DNA of 62,408 bases, filler included, from Sphacelaria rigidula (lineage: Eukaryota), in the NCBI GenBank assembly GCA_964200075.2. It is 9 parts of 9 records of this genome, joined end to end, with 100 filler letters (N's around TTAATTAATTAA, not from the genome) between each part and the next. Parts side by side here need not be neighbours in the genome. Positions count along the whole stretch, not along the records: positions 6,947 to 13,792 come from CAXNAA020017788.1; positions 13,893 to 20,738 come from CAXNAA020017789.1; positions 20,839 to 27,683 come from CAXNAA020017790.1; 6 more parts are not named here. One strand, written 5' to 3'. The notes under the pieces were generated by a model. It was not told the DNA's origin. It worked only from the letters and a program-made list of their open reading frames with translations, and did no database searches. Both the position numbers and the translations under genes were made by a program. Shown piece by piece: positions 11,801 to 24,011 of the stretch (within the stretch, counting starts at the first letter, position 1; each line of letters starts with the position of its first letter).

Positions 11801-12912
11801 CCTGCTACGAATTCGGCCTGACGGTCTCCGAGAGCAGGAGAGAGTCCATGCGCCTTTGGTCAGTACCCAGTCTCACGGAGACCGCCCTGCATATCAAAGC
11901 TGCCGGTCAACGGTATAAGCAGACGGAAGTACTCGTCTACCTTGGTGGTGCTATCAGCGCGGATGCGAAAATATCCATCGAAATCAAGTGCTGCATCAGC
12001 GCAGCGTGGACGCGAATCCGAAAATATAGCTCCCAATTCTACGATCAACTCAACGCCCAGGTATCCTTGAAATTCCGGCTGCATAAGCAGAGGTGGTAAA
12101 ATATTCGTTGTACGAGTACGGATGTGCCACATGGACGTTACGTTCTGGGGACTTCGATAGTCTGCGCACTGCCCATCACAAGCTCTTGCTGCGAGTGGTT
12201 GCATTCCTCAGGAGAGATCGACATAGAGCCAAGACTATTTCGTACAGAGTGGTGCTCGAGATGACCAAATGTGAACGTATCAAGACGACTATCCGCAAAC
12301 GTCAACTCTGGTTCGCGAAAGCCCTTGTCCGGCAGATGGAAACACGCCTTCCTGAACTCATCATGAACGGACGCTTAACCGCACGAAGGCCCAAGGAGGC
12401 TGGCCGCCCCCCCAAGCGATGGGAGTAGAACCTACAGGAGAACCTACGTGGACTAGCGGCTGTTGCGCACAAAGGAGCACGACGGAAATAGTTTGTCTAC
12501 GGTGTAGACGTTAACGATACATACGGTTGGGTCGCTTCGGCGAACAACATGGGCAAATTGCATATTGGAGTCTAAGAAGGAGCGGAAGAGTTTGAGGACA
12601 CGTGGCGACGCCAAGACAAAGAAGAATCGGACCGCCGTCACAAACGAGAGGCTGCTGCGTCGAAGGCCGCCAATCGTAGAATCATGTCTGCTCATATCGG
12701 TTGTTCATTGTGTCCTTGGTCGGTTGCTCTGGGGTGGCCCCCGGTGTGTGTCTGTATCTACTCTGCTGCACTGAATCTTCAGGCTTCACCAGTTCTGTTG
12801 TCGTCTTCTCTGTTCTCCATTTCCCTCATATTTTTCTCTTTACATGTGTTTTTCCCTACCGGTGCATGCCAGAGCAGTGTGGTATCTCGCTTCATTATGT
12901 TTGTTCATGGAT
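8870..12912 (+). mobile_element. Near full-length, decayed RTE-clade non-LTR retrotransposon (AP endonuclease + reverse transcriptase)
   Basis: A basic N-terminus from ATG 8939. APE motifs: TYSVRTL, IGLQET, AYAPT, MDANARTG, DYILTR, DSDHNIV. RT motifs: KATDPDGLPAEILK, EVPREWKD, KKDRTECVNYKSVSL, QCGFR, IDLQKAYDSVDR, mutated YADD (LCAHD), YLGG, YGCATWTL, GRPPKRW. There are many frameshifts and stops; the outer boundaries are approximate. Confidence 0.93.
10819..11160 (+). mobile_element. tRNA-derived SINE (family 1) inserted in the LINE RT domain
   Basis: Head GCCCCGGTAGCTCAGTTGG (A box) ... GGGTTCGAATCTC (B box), ACAC tail, and imperfect TSD CACATGCT (10811-10818) / CTCATGCT (11161-11168). The LINE reading frame resumes after it (KIVANRL). 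Confidence 0.9.
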
Positions 12913-13214
12913 GAAAGGGTCCATGTCCCAAATAGAGCGGTCGTAGTAGATGAGCACTAATATTTTCCTATGACAGGGTATAAGTGCGGTTCTGCGCAAG
13001 ACCTTCCTTGTACGCCGAAGCCATGTGGCAGAGGCCGGCCATTTCTTTTCTTAATCTACTATAATGTTCTGCTCTACCTTTACTTCTTATTTCTTTTAGC
13101 GAGTGTTTCCGTTTTGTTTTGTTTCGGGCACGTCTTCCATGTGGCCACGGTTGGATCACTTGGGGGTCATTTACGGACGAGCTGGGCCAGCCTAGCGGCG
13201 GATTTGAAGTTTGC

Positions 13215-13498
13215 AGGCCCATGCTCTTTCATGCATTTAAAGTTGGACCCTGAAATTTGGTATGGACAATGAATAGGGCATGAAAAAAAAAATTACCTCG
13301 GTACCTTGTCGGTACCAAAAGTTTTTCATTTTTTAATGAGTTGAAGGTATTTTACTCATACCTGAAAATTGATTATTGCTGTTAATTCATGAAAAAAAAA
13401 ACTTTTGGTGCCGAGGTCATTTTTTTTCTTCATGCCCTATTCATTTTCCATACCAACATTCAGGGTCCAACTCTAAATGTATAAAAAAGCATGGGCCT
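13215..13498. mobile_element. Foldback MITE with ~90-bp inverted arms, adjacent to a CGAGCTGGGCCAG TIR at ~13178
   Basis: AGGCCCATGCT...GTTGGACCCTGAA...ATGAATAGGGCATGAA...CCTCGGTACC is mirrored by GGTGCCGAGG...TTCATGCCCTATTCAT...TTCAGGGTCCAAC...AGCATGGGCCT. Confidence 0.85.
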
Positions 13499-13919
13499 AT
13501 CAAAAACCGGGTCGGTAGAAATTCGAAACAGTATTTCGCAGGCCACTCACCGGCCTACGTTTGGTTCTCGTGTATTGAAATTTTGTGTGGGCGCTCTTTA
13601 AGGCATGATCAACAAATCAAAGTGGGTCAAGTTCATTTTTTCTATTTTTTTCACTGGTTTAGGGCGTTCTAGTATGGTAAAGACAATTTTTTCACGAGAT
13701 CGCCCTAACCTCGATGAAAAAAAAAAAATGAAGGCTCATTTTTTTTTTTTTTTTGCTTTTTTTTTTTGTTTTTTTCACTAATTTTTTTTTCTNNNNNNNN
13801 NNNNNNNNNNNNNNNNNNNNNNNNNNNNNNNNNNNNTTAATTAATTAANNNNNNNNNNNNNNNNNNNNNNNNNNNNNNNNNNNNNNNNNNNNTTGGTGGG
13901 GGGGGGGGGGGGTGGGCGT

Positions 13920-13956
<37 letters not shown>

Positions 13957-14024
13957 AGGGACACCTGGCCTTCTGTTCCCTAGTTTATCGTCGGGGCGTT
14001 GGCGGGTACGGTCAGCTGCCGTGT

Positions 14025-14385
14025 ACAGAGATTCTTGTCATCGAGACCGCTGAGATGGCAAATACACCGCCACTCCAAGCTCATCACCTACCATGATTGC
14101 ATTTATGGGATCATGTTCCGTGTCGTGTGCCTCGACTACTCACCACTAGTAGTCCGGAAAAGTTTGGCGATTCGTGAGATATTGTTGCTACTTTGGCTAC
14201 AGGCTGTCGCTACCGTGCGCTCGTGTCTTGAACAGAGATGTGCGTGAGCGTTGCCGGCATCCGAGGTCATCGGGACAGGGCGGGCAAGGAGCAGAAGCAA
14301 ATATACGAACCTCGCAAAGCCCGCCAGATTTTTCGGTTTTTGTCAGTGTTAATCAACTTCTTCCAACAATTTGAAAAGAAAATGG
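14025..14385 (+). repeat. Unclassified dispersed repeat; reverse-complement copy at ~23780-24740
   Basis: Colinear similarity (GTTGCTACTTTGGCTACAGGCTGTC, GGCATCCGAGGTCAT, AGAAGCAAAT, TTTATGGGATCAT) between contigs 3 and 4. Confidence 0.85.
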
Positions 14386-15600
14386 CGAAATCTTCACAAG
14401 AAGATCACAAAAAAATACGTCAAAAACCATGACAAGCATAGAAAAATTGCCCTCCGGGAGGGAGATGGGGAGGGGGGGCCTCCGTGTCCGAGAAATGCTT
14501 TAATTACGACTCAAGCGACGGTAGGGGTGCAAATTCCAGTTCAAAAACGTCCGGAGGCTACACACCAAGGCTCGCCCACAACATGCTTACGATGGAGAGG
14601 CTCCTGCTGTGGTGAGCTCAGTTTTATTCAGGTTCCTCTCTCACTACAGCAGAGAGCACCAGAATATGAAAAAAGCATCCGTGCGATGGTAAAGGTGTTA
14701 CGAGTTGCTAGCGTGCGATCATTTCGGGCTATTAGTTAGGATGTATCTCCCGATGTAACCAAAAAGAGGCGCTTTGGTGAGTTTCTCTGAAATGACTTCC
14801 TCTGTACTGCAACAAACAGTGAAGAGATCCCCAGCTAGGCTAGCCACCACCGCTTGCCACCGATGGAGGTATCCCAGGCGTGGGGTATTTTCCGGCACAA
14901 CTTAATCGGTGACTCCCGGACGTTACTTCATAGTATTGGACCGAGGTCAGCGATCGTGACGCCTTCCGTGGCATGTTGTGCCTTCCCTGTTGTTCGTCTG
15001 CGGGTCAGCGGCCGCTTATGGATAGGGAACACGAGATCCCGAACCTTTTCGCACACAAGTCATCTTGCGTTTCGTACACACACACCGTCTTCCAACCACA
15101 CAGTGGGACAGCCTGCAGTGCTGCCAGCTCCATTAATATTGGTATCGACTCGCCTCATAATCGTGAATCATTGCACACTCGGGGTCAGGAGCATCCAACC
15201 GGAAGACACGGACACCGGCGCGTCAACAAACAGCCCTGTCCCCAGTGCAATGTGCGTGGGATCGTATACCAGAATTTACGGCATACATCACCCTCGACAA
15301 CTTCACCAACCCTTCCCTAAAACCTAGTATCCTGCGACTCCCGCTTTATCGCCGGCGTTACGCTCCGGCATTCCCCATCTCCCATGTTGCGAGTGTCTGC
15401 CAACGCCTGGTCGCGAACGGGATACGCGCGGTGATCATGGGTGTGCCACACGGACGGCGTAAGGGTTGGTAGTCGTGCGTGTTGCATGTTGGGGTGGGAT
15501 AAGCAGTTCACGGAGATGAGATATGTAACAGGTTTAGGCGTAATGTATGGAATAAACGATATGAGCACCCAAATGTTGGAGGTGTCTCTGTCAGAAGTAT

Positions 15601-15658
15601 GAAAGGGATGCGTGGTCAATGATCAAACAACTAAGGCAATGAACAATTGACCTCCCCC
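15601..15658 (+). repeat. Poly-C-tailed short element, 5'-truncated subfamily A copy
   Basis: GAAAGGGATGCGTGGTCAATGATCAAACAACTAAGGCAATGAACAATTGA followed by a C-rich tail. Confidence 0.8.
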
Positions 15659-16475
15659 GATATGCTCACCTCCCGAATCCAGCATGATATCCGCTCGACC
15701 TGCACTCAGTCATGCCATGGTTGCCCGTTCTAGGCACCTGTCGACCTCGTCCATGCCGCTGTCTTCGCTGAAGTCAGAATATATATCCGAGGAGGTGCTA
15801 TCGTCCGTGCCTGCCCCGAGTGCCATGGATCCGGCGCTTTCATGTTCACTCTCACGTAGTCCTTCCACCTCCCACGGCCTACGATTGATCCTTGAACTAG
15901 GCAAGAAGAGTCAAAGTCGCCGCCTGTCCGTATGTCGTCCTCTGCATGACAAGCCTTTACTAGTGAGGTGTGCGGGCTCTTCTGCTGAGTATCCTGCGGC
16001 CACAACGTGTATGTTCACCAGGCTTCCCGCCGGCTCCTGCAGCGGGTCGCGATTGCGCAGTGGAGGCAATGTGTTACCGGGGGATCGTCTGCGGGAAGCG
16101 GGAGGGTGGAGCTAGGTATCCGTGTGGCCCACGTGGCAGCCGCTTGATGTACGATGAGTCCTGTTAGACGGGCTCCCATCGAAAAATGAACGTACGTTTT
16201 GGAGCAGTCTCTGATACAAAACGATTGCCCTAACACCGCGTGGTGTTGACGCTTGGCGACTACCAGTTGCAGCCAATTCCATAATAAGATCTTGTTCACA
16301 AGCATGAGCTTCGACCCGCTAGCAGTGCTTTCGCCACACGATCAGTGAATATATTCGGGTACTTTTTTCTCGGCTGAATATACCCCGATGGCGTAGATAC
16401 TTTATTCCGCGCCTTTCACCAAGACCGTAAGAGTACAACACTAAGCGAAACCCTCATATTGCCCTGATTTCCGCA

Positions 16476-16622
16476 GGGGGGGGAGGAGGGGGGGGGGTGT
16501 ACTCATAATCATGCATGCCATAGTCATGAGACCGGTGACCTCGCNNNNNNNNNTCGCCGACCAGGCTCGCACTCAATTACCAAACGCGAAGCGCCGTCGT
16601 GTGTTCAGCGAGTCGTATGAAG
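16476..16622 (-). repeat. Poly-C-tailed short element, subfamily B (contains a 9-N gap)
   Basis: G(n)-TGTACTCATAATCATGCATGCCATAGTCAT...TGACCTCGC plus an ~70-bp extension matching the reverse complement of 55564-55630. Confidence 0.85.
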
Positions 16623-18621
16623 GGTGAGCTGCACCCTGCTGAGATTGTTAGGCCCGAAGCGTACTGATTATCTTGCATTCGGATGACAGCTTACAATGAG
16701 TCGCTTTATTATCTGGTATCGCCACTTCCAGAGACAGCCACGGCTCACTGCCCCATGGGTGTCTCACCATTTAAATAAACATTACGTATTACGATCTTCC
16801 CCACTGTGCGGAGTTGAGGTTCTCCCACGCCGCACAACATGATCTAGCTCGACTACCATCATGGTTACCGCAAACAAAAACGCTAGTGCGCAACCCCCCC
16901 CGGTATTTACGCAGTGAGTGGCGTGTTTTATAACGTCATCGCCAATCGACGCCAACCCCATCGGGGGTCCGCCCCTACAAAGCCGGAACGGAGCACGCCG
17001 GCTTCTCGCCGGACCAGGCTGGGGAGGGGGGGAGGTCAAGTACGGGCAATCGTTTTGTATTAGCAACTGCTGGGAAAAGTATTTACATTCTCGCGGGGAC
17101 CCCACGTAAGAGGACCCGTAATACAAAGAGCAGGACCGTGAAGAGCGACAGGAACCATCGGCCGCCTAACATTCGTTCTGATACAGCACGACATGGGAGG
17201 AACAAGGACGGTGCTTTCAATATCTGACAACATGTGCTCAACACACGGACGACGATGCGATGCAGACATTGTGCATGGCAACATAGGCGTGCCTCACCGG
17301 GGTCCCCACGGAGTTCACCCCCTCTTCGTCAGAGTCACGATCTATCCTGCAACGTTCCCCCGGCGGCGTGTTCATGGTAGCACACCTGCCAATCAGGACC
17401 GCAGCGAGCGATGAACCGTCGGACCCATGCTTGTGCCATGGATTGCTAGTGTCACATAAATAAATCCGAGCCGAATGCGGCCCTACTTGCAACCCCGATG
17501 ATCACGTACAACAATGTGTTCGTGGGACTGGCAGTAGAGTGTTGGTTGTGAGCGGGTTACATCATTCGCTCTACCTTGACCATTTTTTTTCCATGTGTGT
17601 TCTTGTTCGATGGTATCACTGGCGTGAGCTCACAGCTAACGCCTGTACCATACTCAGAGATATCAAGGACTTCGGTGGCAAGCTACAATGGAAAGCGCGT
17701 CGGGCCACGTGGAGGGGTATCTCGGAACTGACGTTATTAATTCATGAACTGACCGCTTCAACGTATCCTCCACGTCTCAATACCATCAAAACATTTTTAC
17801 ACCATATATATGTGGCAGCTAACTACATTGAAGTAGATACCAGTGCAGTAGAGGGCGGGACAGGACCGTACAGCACAGTATACCCTAGCACTGTACAGTA
17901 CAAAATACAAGGCTGTACATTACTGAATACAGTATATTGTAGGGCAGTACAACAGTGCACAGCAATACATGACTGTATCGAATCCCGCTCTATTATGCCG
18001 CAGTTTCCTACAGCATTGTTCACAGTTCAATCTCGCCGACTCCACCAAACATGCATACAAACGTTTACTGTGCTAATTTTCGCGCAGGAACCATTTGACA
18101 TGATTCTTTTTCAGATGGACAGGATACACTAAGGGCTACCCTCTACGGGTCGCCAACCCGCCGGTTAACCTCCATGGCCTGCGCCTGGCGGCGTACCATT
18201 GCGGTCGCCACGCAGCAATGCAAAGCACCACGATCCATACCACATAACTCCGGCAACAGTCACCTTTGCAGCCAGATCTCTCCAAAGCTCTCGCTTGTTA
18301 ATCTCTCCAAAGCTTATGTGGTATGGATCTTTCCAAAGCTCTCGCTTGTTGGACTCCTACCCCTCCGCAGGGGGCGCGACCATCACGCCAACTGTACGTG
18401 TTCTGCAGCTGATTCGAGCTCAAACGCTGTACTATGACTTTTGTACGCGACCAGGCACACTAAAAGTTTTTTTTTCTTCGCGCGCAGGGCTGCGAACATC
18501 ATTTTTCATCATCAACCCGCGCAACATTGCCGGGGGTGCAGAGGAAAAAAATAAAACAGGAAATTAGATAGAGCGAGTTTAAGTTACAGCAAAAACAGGA
18601 AATTAGTTAGAGCGAGTTTAA

Positions 18622-18718
18622 CCCTTGGACAGCGAGAGTAGGTCACCTGTTGAATCGGTATCAATTTAATTGAAAAAAGTATGCATGATCCAGGAAGACT
18701 AACCTCACGGTCTAAGGG
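18622..18718. mobile_element. 97-bp piggyBac-type MITE
   Basis: TTAA-CCCTTGGAC...GTCTAAGGG-TTAA. The adjacent tandem copy of the host repeat (~18571-18600, GAGCGAGTTTAAGTTACAGCAAAAACAGGA) shows the empty site with a single TTAA. Confidence 0.88.
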
Positions 18719-19206
18719 TTAAGTTGCAGCAAAAACAGGAAACATGCTAAATGACTCCGAGAAAAATAATAAACATGACTGCAAGCCTGCTGCACCCCGA
18801 CCAGTGTTATTGGCTCTCGCGTCCATACCAGCCCTATACCAATTCTGAAGCCCTTATATGGAACAGGTGCAAGCCATCACCCGAAGTGGACATACACATC
18901 AAGGCGTGCACCCTCCTTGCTGCGAGCAATGCTACGGTAGGGGTGCACTTTTTGCGGAAATCAAGATGTATGTACAAGAATATAGCATCCCCATTTGCAA
19001 TTTATTTCGGGGTATCCCTGGCACATGATAATAGTAATCCTGGCGTGCTCTTACATATTGCACGCAAGTCGTATTTTGAATAAGATAAAGGGCTCCTACC
19101 AATTCCAACCTCAGAAAATATTTGTGCATCCCTACCGTAGCATCCCTCCTGCGTAGCTTAAACAAACATAGAACACCCCGCCCACACAATCCCAAGCACG
19201 ATATAT

Positions 19207-19208
<2 letters not shown>

Positions 19209-19237
<29 letters not shown>
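19209..19237. repeat. (TA)n microsatellite (another at ~22397-22417)
   Basis: Direct inspection. Confidence 0.95.
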
Positions 19238-20059
19238 CGCACACGGTACATACTCCAACCACTGCAAGCACATGCCCGATTCTGATTCGCCATCGACACG
19301 GCCCATCAACCCCTACCGTGACCACTATTCCTTTCAAACGATTCGGGTGAGCAATGTTGGCGCGACAGGGTGTTTGGGGGGAGTGATCGGTGTAAATGAT
19401 TGAAAAAGCCTGCGTGTAGTCTGGTTGCACAACCTTCAACCTTCCTCCGACCCACCCTTCTTTCGTAAGTCGCCATCATAGATATCTTACATATAGGTAC
19501 TTGGGCTGCAAAAAATATCATCCAGTTACCGTCTGAGACCACAGGAAAATATGTGCCATTCAGCCTTACACATGTTTTCCTACGCATACCCGGCAGTGTA
19601 TCCCCATCCCGTAAGCATTTCGCCGATTCCGCCCCCACACGTACAGACGTCAAAGGGGACGCTTCATCAACACATATGTGATGCTGTGATTTTAAAAATC
19701 CTGCCCCGGCGCCCTTCATGGTACGGAGACTGGGCAAAGCCCTGATACGATTATAGAGTCTGATAGTGAATGGCACTACTCATACAGCGTAGGGACGCTA
19801 CGCTTTACTACTATGCACATCAGTGTCGGGCGAAGAAAATACCGGCAGAACAACGCATCGAAGAATCGAAGCGTGCGTGGTAAGATCTACGATTTACATG
19901 TTGGGCCTGATGTATTTGTTTGGTTGATTGGCTGATTGATTGATCGGTTAATTGGTTGATTGGCTAGTTAGTTGTCGCACAATACAGTAGTCAGCGTAAT
20001 AAGAAGTATGCAGAATCCGTAATTTCTTAGTTTCTCAAAGATTTTCCAAACTTGTTTAC

Positions 20060-20485
20060 CCTGCCACCGCTCATCACAGTGATTGTTGGATGCCAAAATA
20101 AGGGCATCGGAAGATATTTTATACCACTTGATAAATATTGAAAGAAAAATCATCTACGATCAATAATGAGTGACTTACGGGCTTAACCGATCTTCGGGGG
20201 TCCTGCGCTGCGAAAATACGACCCCAGGCTCTAGCGTTTCGGTGTTTTCGGTGGACCGACTCGATCCGGAATATATAAGTGAAGACTCAAAAAGGATTGT
20301 TTTTTTGAAATTCCACCTAGTCCTTGCGCTAAAAAGCAGGGAAACTATGTTTCTTGGATCATTTACGGTCAATAACACCCTCCTGATAAATGGGGTCTTT
20401 ACCCGGTATCGCCCCCGCAACACCAACTTGAGCGATTGTGATTTGAGCATGGTTTGCTTATTTTGCCAAAAATACCGACGCTAGC
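20060..20485 (+). repeat. Unclassified dispersed repeat; second copy at ~49314-49700
   Basis: Shared TGCCACCGCTCATCACA, GAGTGACTTACGGGCT, TCGGGGGTCCTGC, ACCTAGTC and CAATAACACCCTCCTGATAAA in the same order. Confidence 0.85.
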
Positions 20486-20838
20486 ACTTTAGAGTGCTGA
20501 TGGAAAATGTTATGCAAAACACCCCCGAAAATAGGCTCTCCGCAGAAAATGCTAGACTAAGGTCTGTGCAGTATAGGAGGGAAACACGATCTCGATCGTT
20601 ATTGGGAAAACATTTACAAGTATTAATTTATCTGAATATTTACCGCTTTGTCGCTGAAGAGCGGGGAAACTGCTTATAACAGCCGATCATCTATGTTGAG
20701 GATGGTGCTTTCCATTGAGGATGAGAACCCGGAGGATTNNNNNNNNNNNNNNNNNNNNNNNNNNNNNNNNNNNNNNNNNNNNTTAATTAATTAANNNNNN
20801 NNNNNNNNNNNNNNNNNNNNNNNNNNNNNNNNNNNNNN

Positions 20839-20906
20839 CGTACTCATTTGTTGCTTGCCTTAGTCGTTTGACCATTGACCACGCATCCCTTTCGAGACGG
20901 AGCACC
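20839..20906 (-). repeat. Poly-C-tailed short element, subfamily A (contig breaks at the tail)
   Basis: The reverse complement is GGTGCTCCGTCTCGAAAGGGATGCGTGGTCAATGGTCAAACGACTAAGGCAAGCAACAAATGAGTACG. Confidence 0.92.
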
Positions 20907-22649
20907 AGTGGGGGGGGGCTGTCGCCGGGAGTGATGTAACTGCCAAGTTGGCGTGTGTACCCTGTCCCTGGTCCGCAAAAAAAACTTCGAAGCAAAAAAA
21001 AGCCGCGATGGTCGGAACTCGCCCTTTTTTACATCCTTGGCTTGCATTTTGTATACGTCCGACCCCCACGCCCCCGATTTTTTGGGGTCACCATCCTATA
21101 TGAAACGTAGTTGGTACACCAACACAGGGTGCTCGGGGGGAAATTCGGGAACAAATTTACCCTACTATATATGCGGTCATGCTAACAAGGCGACTGGATC
21201 TAGCAACACAGTGGAATGAGAGACGGAGCTAGAGGCATGAGTTTTGTGTACCCCTCTGTTGAGGCGGTAAAGCATGCATTCAGGTCGTACGTAATCGACG
21301 GGAAAGAAAAGCTGTACAAAGGTAGCTGATCTCCGTTGCGGAGAATTGCGCAGAACGTGTAAGGGAGAATGTAGCGGCAGCTGCTGCTGCAGTCGGAAAG
21401 GCGTGCCGTACTGTATGTGCGGCGCAACGCCCATGCCCTTCGAAGAGATTTTTACCGCATGCAACAAACAGGGAAATCGCGGCCCACCCCGACCACAAAA
21501 GGCTGTGTTACAGGGTGATGGGGACAATAATATCATCCAAAGCCACAAGTTGCGGACGGCGGTCGCCACGTCCTGTCGAAAGCTCTTGACGGCGACTCAT
21601 ATTGCTTGATGCAACTGTACATTACCTGATGCGCACAACACCCGAATTACCGTTTGTTTGTACCTGCACCTGAAGATAGATTGGATGAAACTTTCGGTCT
21701 TCCTAATAATCTTGCGGTTACATACGTGGATTTTCAGCAACATGAAGCCACTGTTCCGTGCATACGCCAGACACGTCACTCCTAACCAGCCTCATCGGTC
21801 GTTATTGAGGCCCAGTCCTAAAAGGGCAAACGAGGCAATCTCTTCACGTATTTTTTTTACTTTTCCAGAGAATATGCAATTTCCCCCCCACTTCTTACTT
21901 CTCCCAAGAAAAGATTGCAACCAAACATTCCAAGGCTAGGTGTTCGGAAGAATCTACGCAGTCACTGGTTGATGTATTGCCCAACCTGGTTGAGGAATAC
22001 GCCCTCACATTTTCGGACAATTTTTTCCCCCCGAAAATCTCCGATGTTGGGAAAAAAAAATAATAGGCCCGTAAATAGTACCCCCAAGAGAGTTTTGAAC
22101 GTTTTTTTTTTTTTTTAGTTTGGGACATTTGATCCAGTTTATGAGTCTCAAGCAGGGAATATCGCCATCACATATCTTGTCATCATCTCACCAAGAAGGG
22201 TCTAGCCCACTTTTCCGGTTCGCTAGGCTCCGAGGTTTCGAGAGTGGCCTCCGAACAAAAGTACAGCTGGACAAGAGAATGCGGTGCAACGGTGTCACAC
22301 AAGGAGTGGAGTCCATGGCCCAATTTGAGGAGTTTTGAGCTGTAATTTTACACGTACGCTCGACACGTCAACACGCAAAAACGTATTGCCTCAGCGATAT
22401 ATATATATATATATATATTGATTCATGACATTCTATAGTTCTGTCGGAGACCGCGATGCGGGTAGTCCATCTGGATTACACATAAATTTTTCACGTGAAA
22501 TTGATGCCGACTTAGCAGGTGACTTACCCTCGTGGTCAAAGGGTTCAACTGGCTCTAATTTGCTGTTTTTCTTTTCTCTTCTTTTCTTTAGGCTAAGGCA
22601 ATACATTTCCGAGTCCATGATATAAACCTTGAGTCATTTTCAGCTCAGG

Positions 22650-22827
22650 AGGCGTGTCTGAGCACATAACTTTTTCTTCGAAAATGTGCGGGGAAGAGGA
22701 AAATTCCGATCTGATGGGTTGTAATTTCAACTATCGGCATTCATGTTGAAATTACGACCTGTGAGATTGGGAATTTCCTTTCCCACCGCACATTTTCGAT
22801 CGAAAAAATATGTGCCAAGATACACCC
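22650..22827. mobile_element. Fully palindromic MITE, probably PIF/Harbinger-type
   Basis: GGCGTGTCTGAGCACATA...CGAAAATGTGCGG...GTAATTTCAAC is mirrored by GTTGAAATTAC...CCGCACATTTTCG...TATGTGCCAAGATACACCC-TAA. The ends resemble those of 53381-54196. Confidence 0.75.
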
Positions 22828-22918
22828 TAACTACTTCTAACTAAAAGCACCGAGCTCGTGCAAAGGGGCACATAGCCACCCCAACACCTGACGCTTGCGC
22901 TGATGTTATCCCATTCTC

Positions 22919-23066
22919 TGTGTGTTCCGTCATCCCATACCCTGAACGCCAGTCTACACATTTCGGCATATGTGGGCGCATCAGCTGGGGTTACACAGGA
23001 GGAACGTCAACACAGGATTTTTTTTCCTATTTTTTTTTTAGCACTCCATCTTCCGTCTGCAGTGTA
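22919..23066 (-). mobile_element. 3' fragment of SINE family 1 (intronic)
   Basis: ACGCCAGTCTACACATTTCGGCATATGTGGGCGCATCAGCTGGGGTTACACAGGAGGAA matches 60197-60270. Confidence 0.85.
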
Positions 23067-23230
23067 CGAATACACAACACGAAACGCCTTCCGTACACCA
23101 TGACAAAAGTAGGCACCGCGTATGTTCTCTCGGGTGCATGCGAAATTAAAATTCAGGATAAACGACAGACGGGAAAACACATGATGAAGCACCAAGACCT
23201 GCACAACCAGACGGTGCTCAAGTCACTCAC

Positions 23231-23479
23231 CGCCACCATGACCACCGGCTCGAGGGATCGCCCCCTGCCAGTGTGCTTGTACGCTCGCAAAAGAAAATTT
23301 CCCCGTTTGGTTGGCAGCAAACATTCAGAGACGAAGCTTGTTGTTGTTTCCTCCGCCTTGGTAGGCAATTCCCGATCTGTGAAATTCCTCCGAGTGTCGT
23401 TGTCAACCGCGACCTCCGGGTCCGCACCCACCCTCGACCCCAGCGAGTGACTCCACATGCGTGGCCTGGCGGAGAAATC
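23231..23479 (-). CDS. ribA: Exon encoding the start of a GTP cyclohydrolase II domain (riboflavin synthesis)
   Basis: A 249-bp phase-0 exon between TCTTTTTACCCACAG| and |GTGAGT. It ends in TSFVSECLLPTKRGNFLLRAYKHTGRGRSLEPVVMVA, matching the GCH-II N-terminal pattern (VAEAxLPTxxGxFxxxxY...EHVALV). The catalytic exons were not found in the contig. Confidence 0.8.
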
Positions 23480-24011
23480 CTGTGGGTAAAAAGAGGTACA
23501 AAAGCCAGGACGTACCCCCCAAATAGAGGGTTTTCTGTGTACTGTCACCACCTGCTAAAGCTCAGTCGAACGAACGCGCAAGACGCAGTCCGTACCTGGA
23601 CAAGATGGATGACTTGCCTTTGACGAACAGCACGTACGCAATTGCCCGTGAACTACCCGCGCAGTACCGACCCGTTTCCAAGGTACTGTCAAGGGTCTAT
23701 CGGGAGAAGATTTTCGGACACGCAGCCCCCCTCCCGCCCGCCGCGGAGAGCAGTTTTTCAAGAATAACCAAGCTTTTTTTTTCTTGTCAAATATTGTTGA
23801 AGAAATCGATCCTGGAAATACTGACAGAACCCGAGAAGTCTGGTGGGCTCTGTGAAGTTCGTGTATTTGCTTCTGGTCCTTGCCCGCTCTGTCCCCATGA
23901 CCTCGGATGCCGGCCACGCTCACACACATGTATGCACACGAGCACACAGTACCGACAGCCTGTAGCCAAAGTAGCAACACTATCTCACGCCTCACCAAAC
24001 TCGCCGGACTA

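Noticed and set aside
13893-13955. Poly-G run read as a glycine-rich ORF
   Set aside because: It is a homopolymer at a contig end and likely low-quality sequence or the tail of a repeat.
14854-19776. Several 100-200 aa ORFs in contig 3
   Set aside because: No recognisable domains or convincing splice-bounded exons. They are probably chance ORFs or very old transposon debris.
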